DNA from: an uncultured Solirubrobacteraceae bacterium
Lineage (GTDB): Bacteria; Actinomycetota; Thermoleophilia; Solirubrobacterales; Solirubrobacteraceae
NCBI GenBank assembly: GCA_963744165.1
Contig: CAVUSM010000001.1
Location: 2,274-66,273, forward strand
Reading direction: 5' to 3'
Length of the DNA stretch: 64,000 nt
Numbering within the stretch: the stretch's first letter is position 1; every line of letters starts with the position of its first letter. Below the pieces are notes generated by a model. It did not search any database. It was not told the DNA's origin and was given only the letters and a program-made list of their open reading frames with translations. Below are positions 12,962 through 24,249 of the stretch, piece after piece. Made by a program: the position numbers and the translations under genes.

Positions 12962-15900
12962 AGGCCCTCCCCGTCGAGCGGCTGAGCATCGTTTGAACCG
13001 GCGGCCACCGACGCGACGGCCGCTACGGGGCGCTCGACGCGCGTGCGACTCGCGCCGTCCCACTCCCAGTGGCTGACGAGCACCGCCGGGACGTCATCGA
13101 CTCGCGCCAGCTGTGCGATCGCCAGCCCCGGAACCTCGCGGTAGCACCCCCACTCGCGCTCGCTCGTCATGACGACGTCGAGATCGAACGCGGTCAGCAG
13201 GCCGAGGCACTTGGCGCGCGCATCGTCGTCGACGCCGGCGAACGCCTCGTCGAGCATCACCAGGCGCGGCGCATGGTCGTTGCCCGCCGAGGCGTAGAAG
13301 GAGGACGCCGCGGCGAACAGCGGCACGCTCGCGGTCAGCACCCGCTCACCGCCCGAGGCGGGGCCCGTCGCGCTGCGCCAGCGACCGCCCTGGTGTCGCT
13401 CGATGGCGAAGCGGTGCCAGGCGCGATAGTCGAGCGCCTCGGTGAGGTGCTCGACCCAGGTTCCCGCCACGTCGCGCGAGCGCACCTCCTGAATCTGCGC
13501 CTGCAGGAACGCGCCGACCGCCGCGCGATCCTCCTCCGACCACGCGTCGGCGGCTTGTCGCAGCAGGCGCTCGCGCGCCTCCTGCAGACCTTGCGGGCCG
13601 TCCTCGACGACCCGCCAGCGCAGTCGCAGGCGCATGCCGGTGCTCGTCGGGCGCTCGTCCAGCTCGGCGTTGGTGGCAGCGACGTGATGCTCGGCATCGG
13701 AGATCAGTTCCTGCAGCGTGCTGGCGACCTCGTTCACCAGGTGGTTCTCGAGGATCTCGCGCTCGTGCTCATCGAGCAGCCGCTGACGATCGGCGACCTC
13801 CCCGGTGAGCGCGCTCGCCAGCTCGGGCACCGTCGTCGAGCGCCCACGGAAGACGACCTCGACGGTGATCCCCTCCTCCTGCATGGACGCCGAGGCGTTG
13901 TTGCCGTGGCGGCGCAGCGCATCGCCCAGCGTGCCCAGCTCGTCGGTCACCCGCCGCTGAGCGCGCTGCCAGGCGGGCTCGTCCTCGGCGGCATCGGCGA
14001 GCTCCTGCTCGAGCTGGCGCGCGAGGCGCAACGCGGCCGTCACGCCCCACTCCTGCTCGCCTTCCGGCAGCTCGACCTCGCCGAGCGCAACCTCGATCAG
14101 ACCGGTGCTCGCAAAGCGCCGCAGGGAGTCGACGTCAGCCCGGCGCCGCTCAGCCGCCTGCTCGAGCTCCACCGCGAGCTGCTGGCGCCGGCCGTCTTCC
14201 TTGCCCTCCTCGCGCTGGGCCTGCGAGCGCCGCGCGTCGGCCGTGCCTGGCCGCGCTCGTTTTCGCGCAGCTCGCTCGCGACATCGGCGAGCCGGCGCTG
14301 CAACTCCGCGACAGCCGCGCCGACCGTCTCAGCGAGCGTGGCGTGACGCTCCTTGCGCTCAGCCGCCTCGCGCTCGGCCGCCCGGAGGCGCTCGTGTGCT
14401 CGGCGAGCTCGCGCGCAGCCGTCTCGACATCCTTGCCGGCCTCCGAGGCGGCGCCCCGCGCATGGTCGAGCGCAACGAAGGCCGGCCACAGAGCGGCGAG
14501 CGCAACACGAAACGCCTGCACGCCGGCGCGCATGACGTCGAGCTGCGTGCTCCTCGTAGGGCAGGCTCAGCTCCTCGGCGCTCTCGCGCGCTTTGCGCTC
14601 TGCCCCGGCCCTGTCCGCCTCCGCCTGCGCCAGGCGCGCCCCCACAGCCGCGATGTGCTCGGCGAGCCGCAGCTGCTCGGCGTCCAGGCCGGCGAGCGCA
14701 CTGTGCGCATCGCGCAGGGGCTCGTCGGTTGGCATGCCCCGCAACTGGTCCTCCAACTCCTCACGGCGCTCGCCCAGGCGCTGGCGATCGCCGGCCAGCT
14801 GATCGAGACGCCGTTGCGCCTGTGCGCGTTGCTCCTGCAACTCGGCCAGCCGTGCGCGCCGCGTCACCTCGCGGGCGCCGCGACCGATGAACGCCGCTGC
14901 GGGCTTGCGCCAGGAGCCACGCAGAGCGCCGTTGCGAAACTCGCCCTCCGGCGTGACCCAGACCGTGCCGTCGTCCTGCGCCAGCGCGACCGCGGAGAGC
15001 ACGCTACGCACGGCCTCCAGCGCACGTGCCCGCGCGGGCGTCGTCACGGTCGATCGCGGGCTCGAGCACGTCGTGCAGGCGCGCGCCACTCTCTGGATCT
15101 CGCGCGTCGGGCGTGAGCAGCACGTCCTGGGTGCCTGGCGCGAGCAGCTCGCCGTCGGGATTGACCCAGGCGTCGAGGATCCCGGACGCCTCCAGCGCGG
15201 CCTCGATGCCGGCCCGCCGCTTCTGTGGCACGCTGGAGCGGAAATCGACAAGCAGCCACAGCGGCGCGCCGGCGCGCTCCTCGCGGGCGGAGGGGTCGCG
15301 CGTGTGCGGGACGGGCGGCGGCTCGTGCTCGCCGGCCTGCAGGCGCTCGATCGACGCTTCGAGCTCACTGGCGAGCTGGCGGACCTCGCGCTCCTCCGCG
15401 TCGAGCTCCGCCTCCTATCGCGCCAGCGCGGCGCTCGCGTGGCGGCCCGCGGCGGCAAGCGCCGGCGAGCGGGTTCAGACCGTCGAGGGTCTCGACCCAC
15501 AGCTCCAGCGCGGCGAGCACCTCCGCTGGGTCGGCGAGCGCAGCGCGCTGGCTGCGTCTATGTACACGCGGGCCGCGCGAACCAGATCGCGGCCGGCCTC
15601 GGCGAGCAGCTCCGCCGCCTGCACGCGCTGCTCGGCGAGCATCGCGGCCTCGCTCGCAAGCTCCTCGTGGCGCTCGCGTGCGTCGATCAGCGCACGCCGG
15701 CGATCGGCGACCGCCGCGAGCAGCGTCCGCAGGTGATCGATCGCCCGCTGCTGGCGCTCGGCGAGCGCCTCGGCTCGACGGCGCAGCTCTGTCACGTCCG
15801 TCTCATCTGTCGCGTCCGTCTCGATCACGCGATCCACGCGCTCGCTGAACGCGTGGACGATGCCCGCCACCTGCGCCTGCTCGACGGCCGCGCTGCGCGC

Positions 15901-17087
15901 CTGCGCCAGCTCCCCATCCGCCCGCGCTCTGTGTGCGTCTGCATCCGCGAGGCGCTGACGCTGTTGATCGCGTCGCTCGACACCGCGATGGTGGACCGCC
16001 CGCGCCTGAGTGGCGCGCTCGGCGGCCCGGCGAGCCTCCTCGGCGGCGCGCTCGAGCTCGCGGGCGCTGCGCGCCTCCGGGCTCTCGCGCAGCGCTCGCT
16101 CGCGGGCGCGCAGACGCTCCTCCTCGGAACGCAGCTCCGCAAGCGCCGCCTCCGCGCCTGGAGCTCGTCGCGCGCCTTCTGATGAGCGGCCTCGGCGTCG
16201 GCGAGGTCGCGGCTGACGCGGTCGAAGGCGGTCTGTGCCTGGCGCGGAAGCGCAGCGCGACGGCGGCACGCGATCCGCGCGTAGTGACGGTAGGTGTCGA
16301 GGTAGCCCGCGGCGGCGTCGCGCGCCTCGACCATCGCGGTGAGCGCGTCGCGGTCCTCCTCCAGCCCGCGGAAGGCCTCCGCGACGTCGGCGATCAGCGC
16401 CTGGTCGAGCGGTGGCAGCGCGCCGGTGAGCGCATCGGACAGCGCGCGCTCGTTCGGGCGCTTGGAGAGCTGTGGCGCACGAATTTTGATCAGCAGGTCG
16501 ATCAGCGCGTCGTAGCGCTGCTCGCCGAGGCCGAAGAGCGCCTCGTCGACCGCGCGCCGGTAGGCGCGCGCGGTGCGGTGCACCACGCCGCGCGCACCGA
16601 TCGCCTCCTCCAGCCGCTCGCGGGTCAGAGCGATGCGCACCCCGTCGACGAGCGCCAGCTCCTCGCCGACGCGCTGGTCGCTGAGGAAGAACCAGTGCGA
16701 GGCGATGCCGCGGCCGCTGACCGCCTTCAGGCCGCATCCCAGCGTGCAGAACAGCGTGTTGCCATCCGCGTCGAGACGGCCGAGCTCGAGCCAGGTGTAT
16801 CCGAGCCGCTCGTCGTTGGGGTGCTCGCCGCCGAGCAGCAGGTTCCAGTCCATGCGCTTCTTCGGATCGGCGTCCGGCTCGACGCGGTGAGGGGAGAGCT
16901 CGCCGTCGAGCAGGAACGGAAGCGTAAGGGCGAGCACCTTGGACTTGCCGGTGCCGTTGTTGCCGCGCAGCAGCAGCCGGCCGTCGCGGAAGCGAAACTC
17001 CTCCTGGTCGTAGTAGAAGACGTCCACCAGCCCCGCGCGCAGCGGCTGCCAGCGCTCGCGCTCGGGCTGCGGGAGCGGACGCGTCAC
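12934..17087 (-). CDS. jetC: Wadjet type II JetC (TIGR02680 SMC-like ATPase), several frameshifts
   Basis: RWQPLRAGL, Walker A LRGNNGTGKSK, long coiled coils, hinge-like LEASGILDAWV, signature ASGGE, Walker B MLDEAFAGVD. Confidence 0.9.
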
Positions 17088-18301
17088 GCTTCCAGCTCCA
17101 GCTGCGAGCGCCGCTCGGCGATCGTCGGTGGGGCGAGCGCGTAGCGGGCGAGCGCCGGTAGCGGCCTGACGCCGTCCGGGCCGCGTCGTATCAGCCGCAG
17201 CGCCACGAGCCGCTCGAGCGCGGTGTCCACGAGCGCAACCTCGGCGCCAGGCTCGCGCGCGCTGCGACGCCAGTACGCCCGGTGCTCCTGCGCCAGCTGC
17301 CGTACCAGCCGGTGCAGCTCGGCCTCTGCGATCTCCTCCGCCTGCTGCGCAAGATGCTCGGCCAGCAGCAGCGTGACGTGGCCGTCGGTGCCCACGTCCG
17401 GCATCGGCACGTCAGTCAGGTCATCGTCGGGGTCGACCATCGCGATCCCCTCCTCGCGAACCTCGGCCACGAGCCCGGTCAGCTCGGAGATACGTCGCGT
17501 GAGCGCACCCCGCTGACCGGTCAGGTAGGCGGCCTGCGCGGGGTCAAGCTCGTCGTTGTAGAGGACGGGATCGTCGAGCAGGCGTCGCGTGAGGTGATGG
17601 CGCAGAGCACGGGTGCGCAGATCCTCGGCTTCCGGCAGTGGATCGGCGCCAAGCTGGGAGAGCCGCTCGTCGAAGTCGTCGAGCGACGATCGTCGAGGGC
17701 CCGCGCGGCGCCGCGAGGACCACTGCGAGCACGCGTCGTTCGACGTCGTAGAGGGCATCGCCGGCGTCGCGCACGAACGCCTCCTCGTCGCCGGCAACGC
17801 GAGCGAGCACGCCGAGCTCGAGCAGCAGCCGCACGACCGCGACAAGATCCGCGCGCTCCTCGCGTCCCTCGAGCCGGAACACGACACCCGCGCCGCGCGA
17901 GCCGCTCGTCGGCGGCCGCCAGGATCACACCTTCGGCCAGGCGCCCGAGGGTGATCTGCGCATCGGAGCGCTCGAGCACCGACAGGGCGAGGCACGTGAG
18001 CACATAACGTCGGCGGCTGAACGGCACCCGCGAGCGCGCGTCGCGCGCGGGATGCGTCGGGTCGTCGGTCGTGGGCGCGAGCTTGACCAGTCTCGCCACC
18101 TCGCTGTCGACGATCAGCCGCCAGCCCGTGTTCGTGTCGAACCACGAGCGCAGCTCACCGGCGTGACGGCGGACGAGGCGGAAGTCCTCAGCCTCGGCGC
18201 CATCCGCGCGCAGCATCGGTCGGCGCAGCAACGCGCGCGCCGCCCGTCGCAGCTCTGCCGATCGCGCGCGGTCGAGCGCACTCTCGAGCGCGTTGGCTCA
18301 C
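17084..18301 (-). CDS. jetB: Wadjet type II JetB (TIGR02678/DUF2398), frameshifted
   Basis: RRAARALLRRP, LRSWFDTNTGWRL, FSRRRYVLTCLAL, RHHLTRRLLDDPVLY, PALARY; GTGA overlaps with neighbours. Confidence 0.85.
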
Positions 18302-19938
18302 GCCAGGACCGCCGGAGGACTCGCCTGGCGCTCGGCACCCGCACCGCGGGAGGAGCCAAGCGTCACTGCACTCGCGCCATTCGGATATGGGTTCAGGTCG
18401 GCGATCTCGATCACGTGATCGGGCCCGCGAAAGATGCCGGTCGGGGTGTGGATCTCGATCAGCTGAGCGTCCGCGAGCGCGACCAGCCGGACGCGCAGGG
18501 TGCCGTCGGCGGTCGTGGTGGCAACCTCTCGCTGGCCCGATCGACGGGCGGAGAGGGCGTCACCCAACAGCGCCAGGAACAGGCCAAAGGCATCCCGATC
18601 GAGCTCTCCAAGCTCACCGAGGTTGGTCGGCCGGCCGGTGGCGAGACGAGCGCGCGCGGCGGCGGTCTGCTCGGTCTGCCGCGTTGCGAGCTCCGCCAGC
18701 AGGCGACGGGCGTCCTCGCGGTCGGCGACGCGGTTGGGACGGCCACGGCGCTCGTAGCTGCCGGTGCGCCGCAGGCGTGGACTGATGTGTAGGGGGGGCG
18801 CCTGCATCCAGGATGTTGACACCGGCACGGGCTGCTCCTCACGTGCCTGGCGCGTATCACCGTCGAGGACGAGATGCCGCGACCCGTATACGCCGAACGC
18901 GGTGCGCCACAGCCGATGCAGAGCGGCATCGTCGGGCGCCTCGGCGAACCACTGCGCGAGCGCACGGAAGTCGGCCGAGCGGTCGGAGCGCCCGGAGCGA
19001 CGCTCGTTGAGCGTCGCCACCACCGTGAGCAGATCGGGGATCGCCTGCCGCGCCCTGCTGCGCAGCAGCTTGGCCTGGCTCGGGTGGCCGGGCTGGGAGA
19101 CGAACCATTGCCGCAGCCCCCGCCAGCGCTCCTCCCAGGCCGCGACCTCGACGAGATAGGCCACCTCGCGAGGGTCCTCGCCGGCGGCGCCGTCATCCTC
19201 GCCGCCCGGCGCGGCGTCCTCGGCATCGCGGCGCGCCGCGACACCGAGCAGACGCGACACGTCCGCCTGCTCGAGCTCGCCGAGCAGCGCGGAGATCTCC
19301 CCGCCCACGGTGACGAGATCCTTGATGAAGCGCTCCAGGTAATCGACGAGGTGATTCTTATAGGCGCGGAAAGCGTCCACGTCGGCGTCATACAGGTCGA
19401 TCGTGCGCTGCAGCGACCCCATGAACGCTTGGGCGTTGCCGGCGAGGTCGGTGAAGCGCGCTACGAGGTCGCGTAGCAGCAGCCCCACGCTTCCGGGATC
19501 GGGCTGAGCCTGGACGGCAAGCTCGCGCAGCGCCCGCAGCTGGGTCACTATGTCCGTCAACGCAACCGCCTGCAGAGCACCACGCCGTCCGAGCTGCTCG
19601 TCGTACAAGGCGAGCGCCCGCTCCGCGGCCTCGCCAGGGTGGGTCAGCTGATAGAGGAAGCGCGCGCGGTGGAAGTCCTCGACCGTCGTCACGCGGCTCG
19701 TATCAGGGTCGGCGCGTAGGTTGCCCCACTCGACGAGCTGCCCAAGGGCGTCGGCGACCGCCTCGACAGGTACGTGCCCATCGCAATCGGCGCGGGCGAG
19801 AGCCTCATGAAGATCCTCGGTGCGCAGATGCACCACGAAGCGCCGCTTCGCGGCGACGAACTCCGCCATCACCAGCCTGTAAAGCGCAACGTTCGGTGCT
19901 GCGAGATGCGCGAACGGTCTAAATTCGAAAGGCTCCAC
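18298..19938 (-). CDS. jetA: Wadjet type II JetA (TIGR02677/DUF2397 kleisin-like)
   Basis: FAHL..YR..M..F, LVEWGNL..DTSRVTTVEDF.RARFLYQLT..GEAAE, DRSADFRALAQWF; likely GTG start at 19938. Confidence 0.9.
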   Translation of the reverse strand: MEPFEFRPFAHLAAPNVALYRLVMAEFVAAKRRFVVHLRTEDLHEALARADCDGHVPVEAVADALGQLVEWGNLRADPDTSRVTTVEDFHRARFLYQLTHPGEAAERALALYDEQLGRRGALQAVALTDIVTQLRALRELAVQAQPDPGSVGLLLRDLVARFTDLAGNAQAFMGSLQRTIDLYDADVDAFRAYKNHLVDYLERFIKDLVTVGGEISALLGELEQADVSRLLGVAARRDAEDAAPGGEDDGAAGEDPREVAYLVEVAAWEERWRGLRQWFVSQPGHPSQAKLLRSRARQAIPDLLTVVATLNERRSGRSDRSADFRALAQWFAEAPDDAALHRLWRTAFGVYGSRHLVLDGDTRQAREEQPVPVSTSWMQAPPLHISPRLRRTGSYERRGRPNRVADREDARRLLAELATRQTEQTAAARARLATGRPTNLGELGELDRDAFGLFLALLGDALSARRSGQREVATTTADGTLRVRLVALADAQLIEIHTPTGIFRGPDHVIEIADLNPYPNGASAVTLGSSRGAGAERQASPPAVLA

Positions 19939-20307
19939 ACTCAAGCACGTTAGCCTCCGGAGGGGACCGGCATACGCAGCGCCGGAGATCGCCTCGGTCG
20001 GAGGCATGAAGAGCAGTCTTCCGGGAACGAGACGGCTGCTTCGGTGAGCCTTTAGCAAAGCCGAAGGTCACGGTCGTGTGCGCGCCAACGTGTGCGCAAA
20101 CCTGGATCGATGAGCTCACTGGACGCAGCCCGCGGGCAGGTCGGAGTCCTCTCCTCACACGCAAAGCTGCGAGTCGCGCGACCAGACGGCGTGCAGGGGC
20201 GATCACAAGGGCATCTTGTTGTGAGGACGGACGCCTCCCGACACCGCCTACGCGGGCAGCGCCCACCGGGGACCACCGCTGTGGCGAGTCATGCAACCAT
20301 CCTTCGG

Positions 20308-20487
20308 ATGGCACACCACAGGCGCAGGGGTCCGAAGAGCACGCGCGCCGGATGCCTGCTGTGCAAGCCACACAAGCACCAGGCCGAGCGCCATCGTGGC
20401 CGCGCACGCAGCGACCTTCGTTGGCACGAGCAGCAGGTGGCAGCCGACCACGATGGCTACCGCGACCGCTCAGACCCCACGAAGTAG
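20308..20487 (+). CDS. Small basic Cys/His protein (59 aa)
   Basis: MAHHRRRGPKSTRAGCLLCKPHKH...; a -10-like AACCAT lies 7 nt before the ATG. Confidence 0.5.
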   Translation: MAHHRRRGPKSTRAGCLLCKPHKHQAERHRGRARSDLRWHEQQVAADHDGYRDRSDPTK

Positions 20488-20498
20488 ACGCACTGCCG

Positions 20499-20732
20499 AT
20501 GCCAGTCAAGTTCGGGCTCTGGAGGCTGGACGGGGAGTCGGCGCAGCAGGTGCGTTCGAACGTGATCGCATCCGAGGAGCGCCTGGAGAAGATCATCCAG
20601 GCGCGACTCGACATCCTTGGCCTGGACGATCTCTTCCAGATCGGGCGGCAGGTCATCACCGACTTCGGCAAGCGCGCTGCGACAGCCGTTTACGCTGCAG
20701 CGGCTTGCCGAAGTCTTCCGTGTTCCCACTGA
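20499..20732 (+). pseudogene. Truncated NucS/DUF91-like endonuclease N-terminus
   Basis: MPVKFGLWRLD..EERLEKII..IGRQVITDFGKR, after which similarity stops before the expected IDLL catalytic segment. Confidence 0.6.
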
Positions 20733-20776
20733 CAGGAATCCCAAGTAGCCAGGCCCATGCAGCAGACGCAGCGGAT

Positions 20777-21913
20777 CTACGGCTGGGTGTCCTCGGAGCC
20801 CTCCGCCAACTCGCGTGCCCGGCGGGCGGCAAACTCGGCGACCTGCTGCTCCACCCGCCGCAGGCCCTCCATCTCCCCTGCGAGGCCTTCGGTGATCTGG
20901 ACATCCTCACCGGCCATCAGGACACCGCGCTCGCCGACGGTGTAGCGAGTCACGGCGATCGGGGTGGCGATCCCCTGCAGGGTCAGGTGGGCGACCGCCG
21001 CGTTGCGGTCGGCGCAGAGGATGAAGCCAACGGTGGCGCGATCCTCGTCGTGCGCAACGAGTTCATTGACGGCGTTGACGTAGAGGTTCATCTTGCCCGC
21101 GAACTCAGCCTGGAAGGGGCCGATCTTGAGGTCGATGACCACAAAGCGGCGAGTCGGGTGGTGGTAGAAGAGGAGGTCGAGAATGAACTCCTCGCCGCCT
21201 ATCTCCAGCGACTTCTGGCGCCCAGCAAAGTAGAAGCCCTCGCCCAGCGCGAGCATGAAGCGCTCGATGTCGCCCAGCAAGGCCGCTTCCAGGTCGCGCT
21301 CCTTGGCGCCTTCGGCGAGCTGCACGAAGTCCAAGACCACGGGATCACGGGTGATCCGCTGCACAACCTCAGCGTCACCGGCCTGTAGCGTGCGATCGAA
21401 GTTGGTGATCGCCGCCGCTTGCCGCTCATGCAGGCGGCTGGCGATATGGTGCGCGAGTTCCGCCTTGGACCAGCTCGACGCGCGAGCTGCGTACCAGTCG
21501 CGTGTCGGGCGGTCGGAGAGCTTGTCCAGCAGCAGCATGATGTGAGCCCAAGGCAATGCTCCAGTACCGGACTGGAGCATTTCCCGCTCGGGCCATGCTG
21601 CAGCGAAGGCACGCATGTAGCGGAGGCTGCTCACAGAAAACCCGCGCGCACCGGGAAAAGCCGCCCGCAGGTCCACAGACAGCCGCTCGATGATCTTGGG
21701 CCCGCCACGTCCGCGGCGATTCCCCTCCTCACCTTGGCGTCGCAGAATCTCTTGGCCGATCTGCCAGTACACGTCGATGAGCTCCGCGTTGATCGCGCGG
21801 GCCGCACGCGCCTGAGCGCTGCGGATGCGCGCCTTGATGTCCTCGAGGAACTCTTCGTAGCTGCGCGGCGACTCGGGAGTCTCGGCCGACCGATGAGCAG
21901 GCGGATCAGGCAT
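20777..21913 (-). CDS. YhcG/DUF1016 family PD-(D/E)xK nuclease-like protein
   Basis: YEEFLEDIKARI, YWQIGQEI, GFS..LRYMRAFA, LPWAH, ERDLE, DLLFYH, IDLKIGPF..GKMNLY. Confidence 0.9.
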   Translation of the reverse strand: MPDPPAHRSAETPESPRSYEEFLEDIKARIRSAQARAARAINAELIDVYWQIGQEILRRQGEEGNRRGRGGPKIIERLSVDLRAAFPGARGFSVSSLRYMRAFAAAWPEREMLQSGTGALPWAHIMLLLDKLSDRPTRDWYAARASSWSKAELAHHIASRLHERQAAAITNFDRTLQAGDAEVVQRITRDPVVLDFVQLAEGAKERDLEAALLGDIERFMLALGEGFYFAGRQKSLEIGGEEFILDLLFYHHPTRRFVVIDLKIGPFQAEFAGKMNLYVNAVNELVAHDEDRATVGFILCADRNAAVAHLTLQGIATPIAVTRYTVGERGVLMAGEDVQITEGLAGEMEGLRRVEQQVAEFAARRARELAEGSEDTQP

Positions 21914-21978
21914 CTGGCTCCGGAGCGTACCGATCGCCTGCGTCGATTCTCCGCGGTCGGCCGTCCCCAAACGCCCGT

Positions 21979-22250
21979 TCAACGAACGCCGCCCCGTTGG
22001 ATGGGATCGCGCGCGTAGTGGCGGTAGATCTCGGTGGTCTTGGCGTCGGCGTGGCCCATCCACTCCTGAATCGCCCGCAGCGGCGCGCCGGCGGCAGTCA
22101 TCTGCGTGCCGAAGGTGTGGCGGAGCTCGTGGAAGGTGATCTCGTGCACGCCTGCCTGGGCGAGGGCGTCCTTGAAGCGCTTGCGCATCTTGGAGGGGTC
22201 GAGGACATGCCCGGTATCGGGGTGGCAGAAGACGGAGATCCCTGTCTGCG
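21979..22250 (-). pseudogene. C-terminal remnant of a tyrosine integrase
   Basis: TFHELRHTFGT..AGAPLRAIQEWMGHAD..TTEIY; N-terminal domains are absent; paralog of 31307-32554. Confidence 0.85.
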
Positions 22251-22782
22251 ACGCGGAGCCGCTCGTGCAAGACGGGTGCATCCCAAAGTCCGAGCTTGCA
22301 CGCGCCCGTTCGACGCCGCCTACCAGCGTCACGCTGCCGAGGTCGACGGCCGCTTCGCGCTCTTGAGATCGAGCAGCTGGCGCGCCAGCTCGAGCTCGAG
22401 TGCGTCTACCCGTCGGCGTTCGGCCCCGGGCGGGGGGAGCGCGACCACACGCGATGGGGCGGGCGCGACGAGCAGTCCTACAGCAACTGCGCCTCGCTTA
22501 TCGGACGGATTGAGAGTTACCTAAACGCAGCGGAGCTCGCGCCGGTGCTGCGCCCCGGTGCCCAGCCGAGCCTACTCGAGGTGCTCGGGGGGTGGCTCGA
22601 GGACCCGGCACGCCTATTCTGCTCGTCTCACTTCGCAACCTCGCGTTCACTTCCGACGTGCGGGAGATCGTCGCCAACGGCCTCGGCAGGCACCTGCTCG
22701 ACCTCGCCCGCTCCGGGAAGTTCGCCCAGGGTCCTTGCGCGCCGATATTCCCTGGGTCAGCACCTAGCGTCGCCGCAGGCGC

Positions 22783-22807
22783 AAACGGAACCCTATTGGA
22801 ACCTTGA
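22783..22807. repeat. Tandem GGAACC repeats, putative arm sites (right end of the Wadjet island)
   Basis: AAACGGAACCCTATTGGAACCTTGA, ~60 bp from the att remnant at 22867. Confidence 0.55.
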
Positions 22808-22833
22808 CCACTCGCCGACAGCCGCCAAGAACG

Positions 22834-22864
22834 AAAAACGGCCCCGATTACCAGGGCCTTTCTT
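22834..22864. terminator. Intrinsic terminator-like hairpin next to a relic tRNA 3' end
   Basis: AAAAAC-GGCCC-loop-GGGCC-TTTCTT followed by TAGCGGGGGC; same layout as at 36341-36385. Confidence 0.6.
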
Positions 22865-22865
22865 C

Positions 22866-22965
22866 ATAGCGGGGGCCGGATTGATACCCCAATCCTGCGA
22901 CCGTTGATGGCCCGCAAACAGGGGCCATAGCCCACAGGGTCGAGGAGTCGTGCCTACTCGGATAG
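22866..22965 (+). other. Relic att junction with orphan recombinase-tail-like reading frame (copy 1)
   Basis: CATAGCGGGGGC is shared with 11361; reads IAGAGLIPNPATVDGPQTGAIAHRVEESCLLG* if one C is removed from the CCCC run. Confidence 0.6.
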
Positions 22966-23304
22966 CCGGTGTCGTCCGAGAAAGGCGCGCAAGTCAGTGC
23001 TACGGGACACCGGCCATCCGCAGATTGGCCGTGCGGTCAGCGCTAGACACTGGTCGAGAGTGGCGAGATGTCGCCGTGACGCCCGCTTCGCGGCTTCCTG
23101 CGTGCCAGATGCGGCAGGATCGGCTGCTTCACGGTCGTTCTGAGTTGCATGACTCGCGGCGACTCCCGCGCGGGTTGGCCGTCCAGGCAGCATTCGACGC
23201 GGCTCTCGTGGACGCAAGGACGCCGCGTGGCGCTGCTGCTACCGGAAGCTCACAACCGCCGGCGCCCAGCCGTCGTGCATAGGCGTTTAGTTACGCTTCA
23301 GCGC

Positions 23305-24225
23305 GTGGAACTGCAGCGGCGCATTGCCGAGGGGACGGGTGAGTTCTTGCTGTTCGCGCTGACCCCACCGCGCCTGACGACCAAACCGGAGCAAGCCAGT
23401 CAGATCGCCGCGAGAACGCTCGAGCGCCTGCGCTCTGTGGGCCTCGACGGCCTCGTGCTCTACGACATTGATGACGAGAGCGATCGCAATCCCGACGAAC
23501 GCCCCTTTCCGTTCCTACCCACGATGGACCCAGCCGACTACTTCGCTCGCTATCTCGTTGGCTTGGAAGTGCCAGCCATCGTGTACCGCGCTGTCAGCAA
23601 GTATCCAGAGCAAGGTCTTCGCTCGTGGCTCAGCAAACAAGCCCCAACCCACGCGCTGTCGGTGTTCGTCGGTGCGTCCGCTCGTGAGAAGGCGGCAGCA
23701 ACCTCTCTGTTGCGAGCCTACGAACTCAGGACCGAGGTGCGCCCGGATCTCCTTCTCGGAGGTGTCGCGATCCCAGAGCGGCACACGCGCGGGCGCGGGG
23801 AGCACGTCCGTCTGCTGGCGAAGCAGGCGGCAGGTTGCTCGTTCTTTGTCACCCAGATCGTCTATGACGTCAATGCCGCGAAGAACTTGGTCTCCGATTA
23901 TCACTACGAGTGTGCCGCTCGTGACGTCAAGCCAGCACCGATCGTGTTCACGTTCTCGGTCTGCGGCTCGCTGAAGACACTGCAGTTCGTTCAGTGGCTC
24001 GGCGTCGATGTGCCGCATTGGATCGAGAACGAGCTGCGCCACGCGGACAACACCCTCGACGCGTCCTACGATCAAGCCGTCGCGACGGCCGTCGAGCTGA
24101 TCGCATTCTGCCGGCGCGTGGGAGTTCCATTTGGGCTCAGCGTCGAGAGCGTCTCGATCCGCCAAGTCGAGATCGAGGCCTCCGTCCGCCTCGCCACCCG
24201 GCTACAAGCAGAGCTACGTCGCTAG
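23305..24225 (+). CDS. Methylenetetrahydrofolate reductase-like protein (mycobacterial Rv2172c-like type)
   Basis: LFALTPP, DGLVLYDIDDESDR..RPFPF, LLGGVAIPERH, GCSFFVTQIVYD, WLGV, VESVSIR..E. Confidence 0.8.
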   Translation: MELQRRIAEGTGEFLLFALTPPRLTTKPEQASQIAARTLERLRSVGLDGLVLYDIDDESDRNPDERPFPFLPTMDPADYFARYLVGLEVPAIVYRAVSKYPEQGLRSWLSKQAPTHALSVFVGASAREKAAATSLLRAYELRTEVRPDLLLGGVAIPERHTRGRGEHVRLLAKQAAGCSFFVTQIVYDVNAAKNLVSDYHYECAARDVKPAPIVFTFSVCGSLKTLQFVQWLGVDVPHWIENELRHADNTLDASYDQAVATAVELIAFCRRVGVPFGLSVESVSIRQVEIEASVRLATRLQAELRR

Positions 24226-24249
24226 TCCCTACGACCTGATCGTAAGCAG

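Noticed and set aside
11629-19938. Four-gene SMC operon as a novel system
   Set aside because: It matches the described TIGR02677-02680 / Wadjet type II architecture.
22300-22770. Protein-like fragment (LECVYPSAFGPGRGERDHTRWGG...)
   Set aside because: Frameshifted with no start and no family I can recognise; probably a gene remnant.
22966-23304. Possible SAM or folate riboswitch upstream of the MTHFR-like gene
   Set aside because: I could not see a consensus; an Infernal/Rfam scan would be needed.
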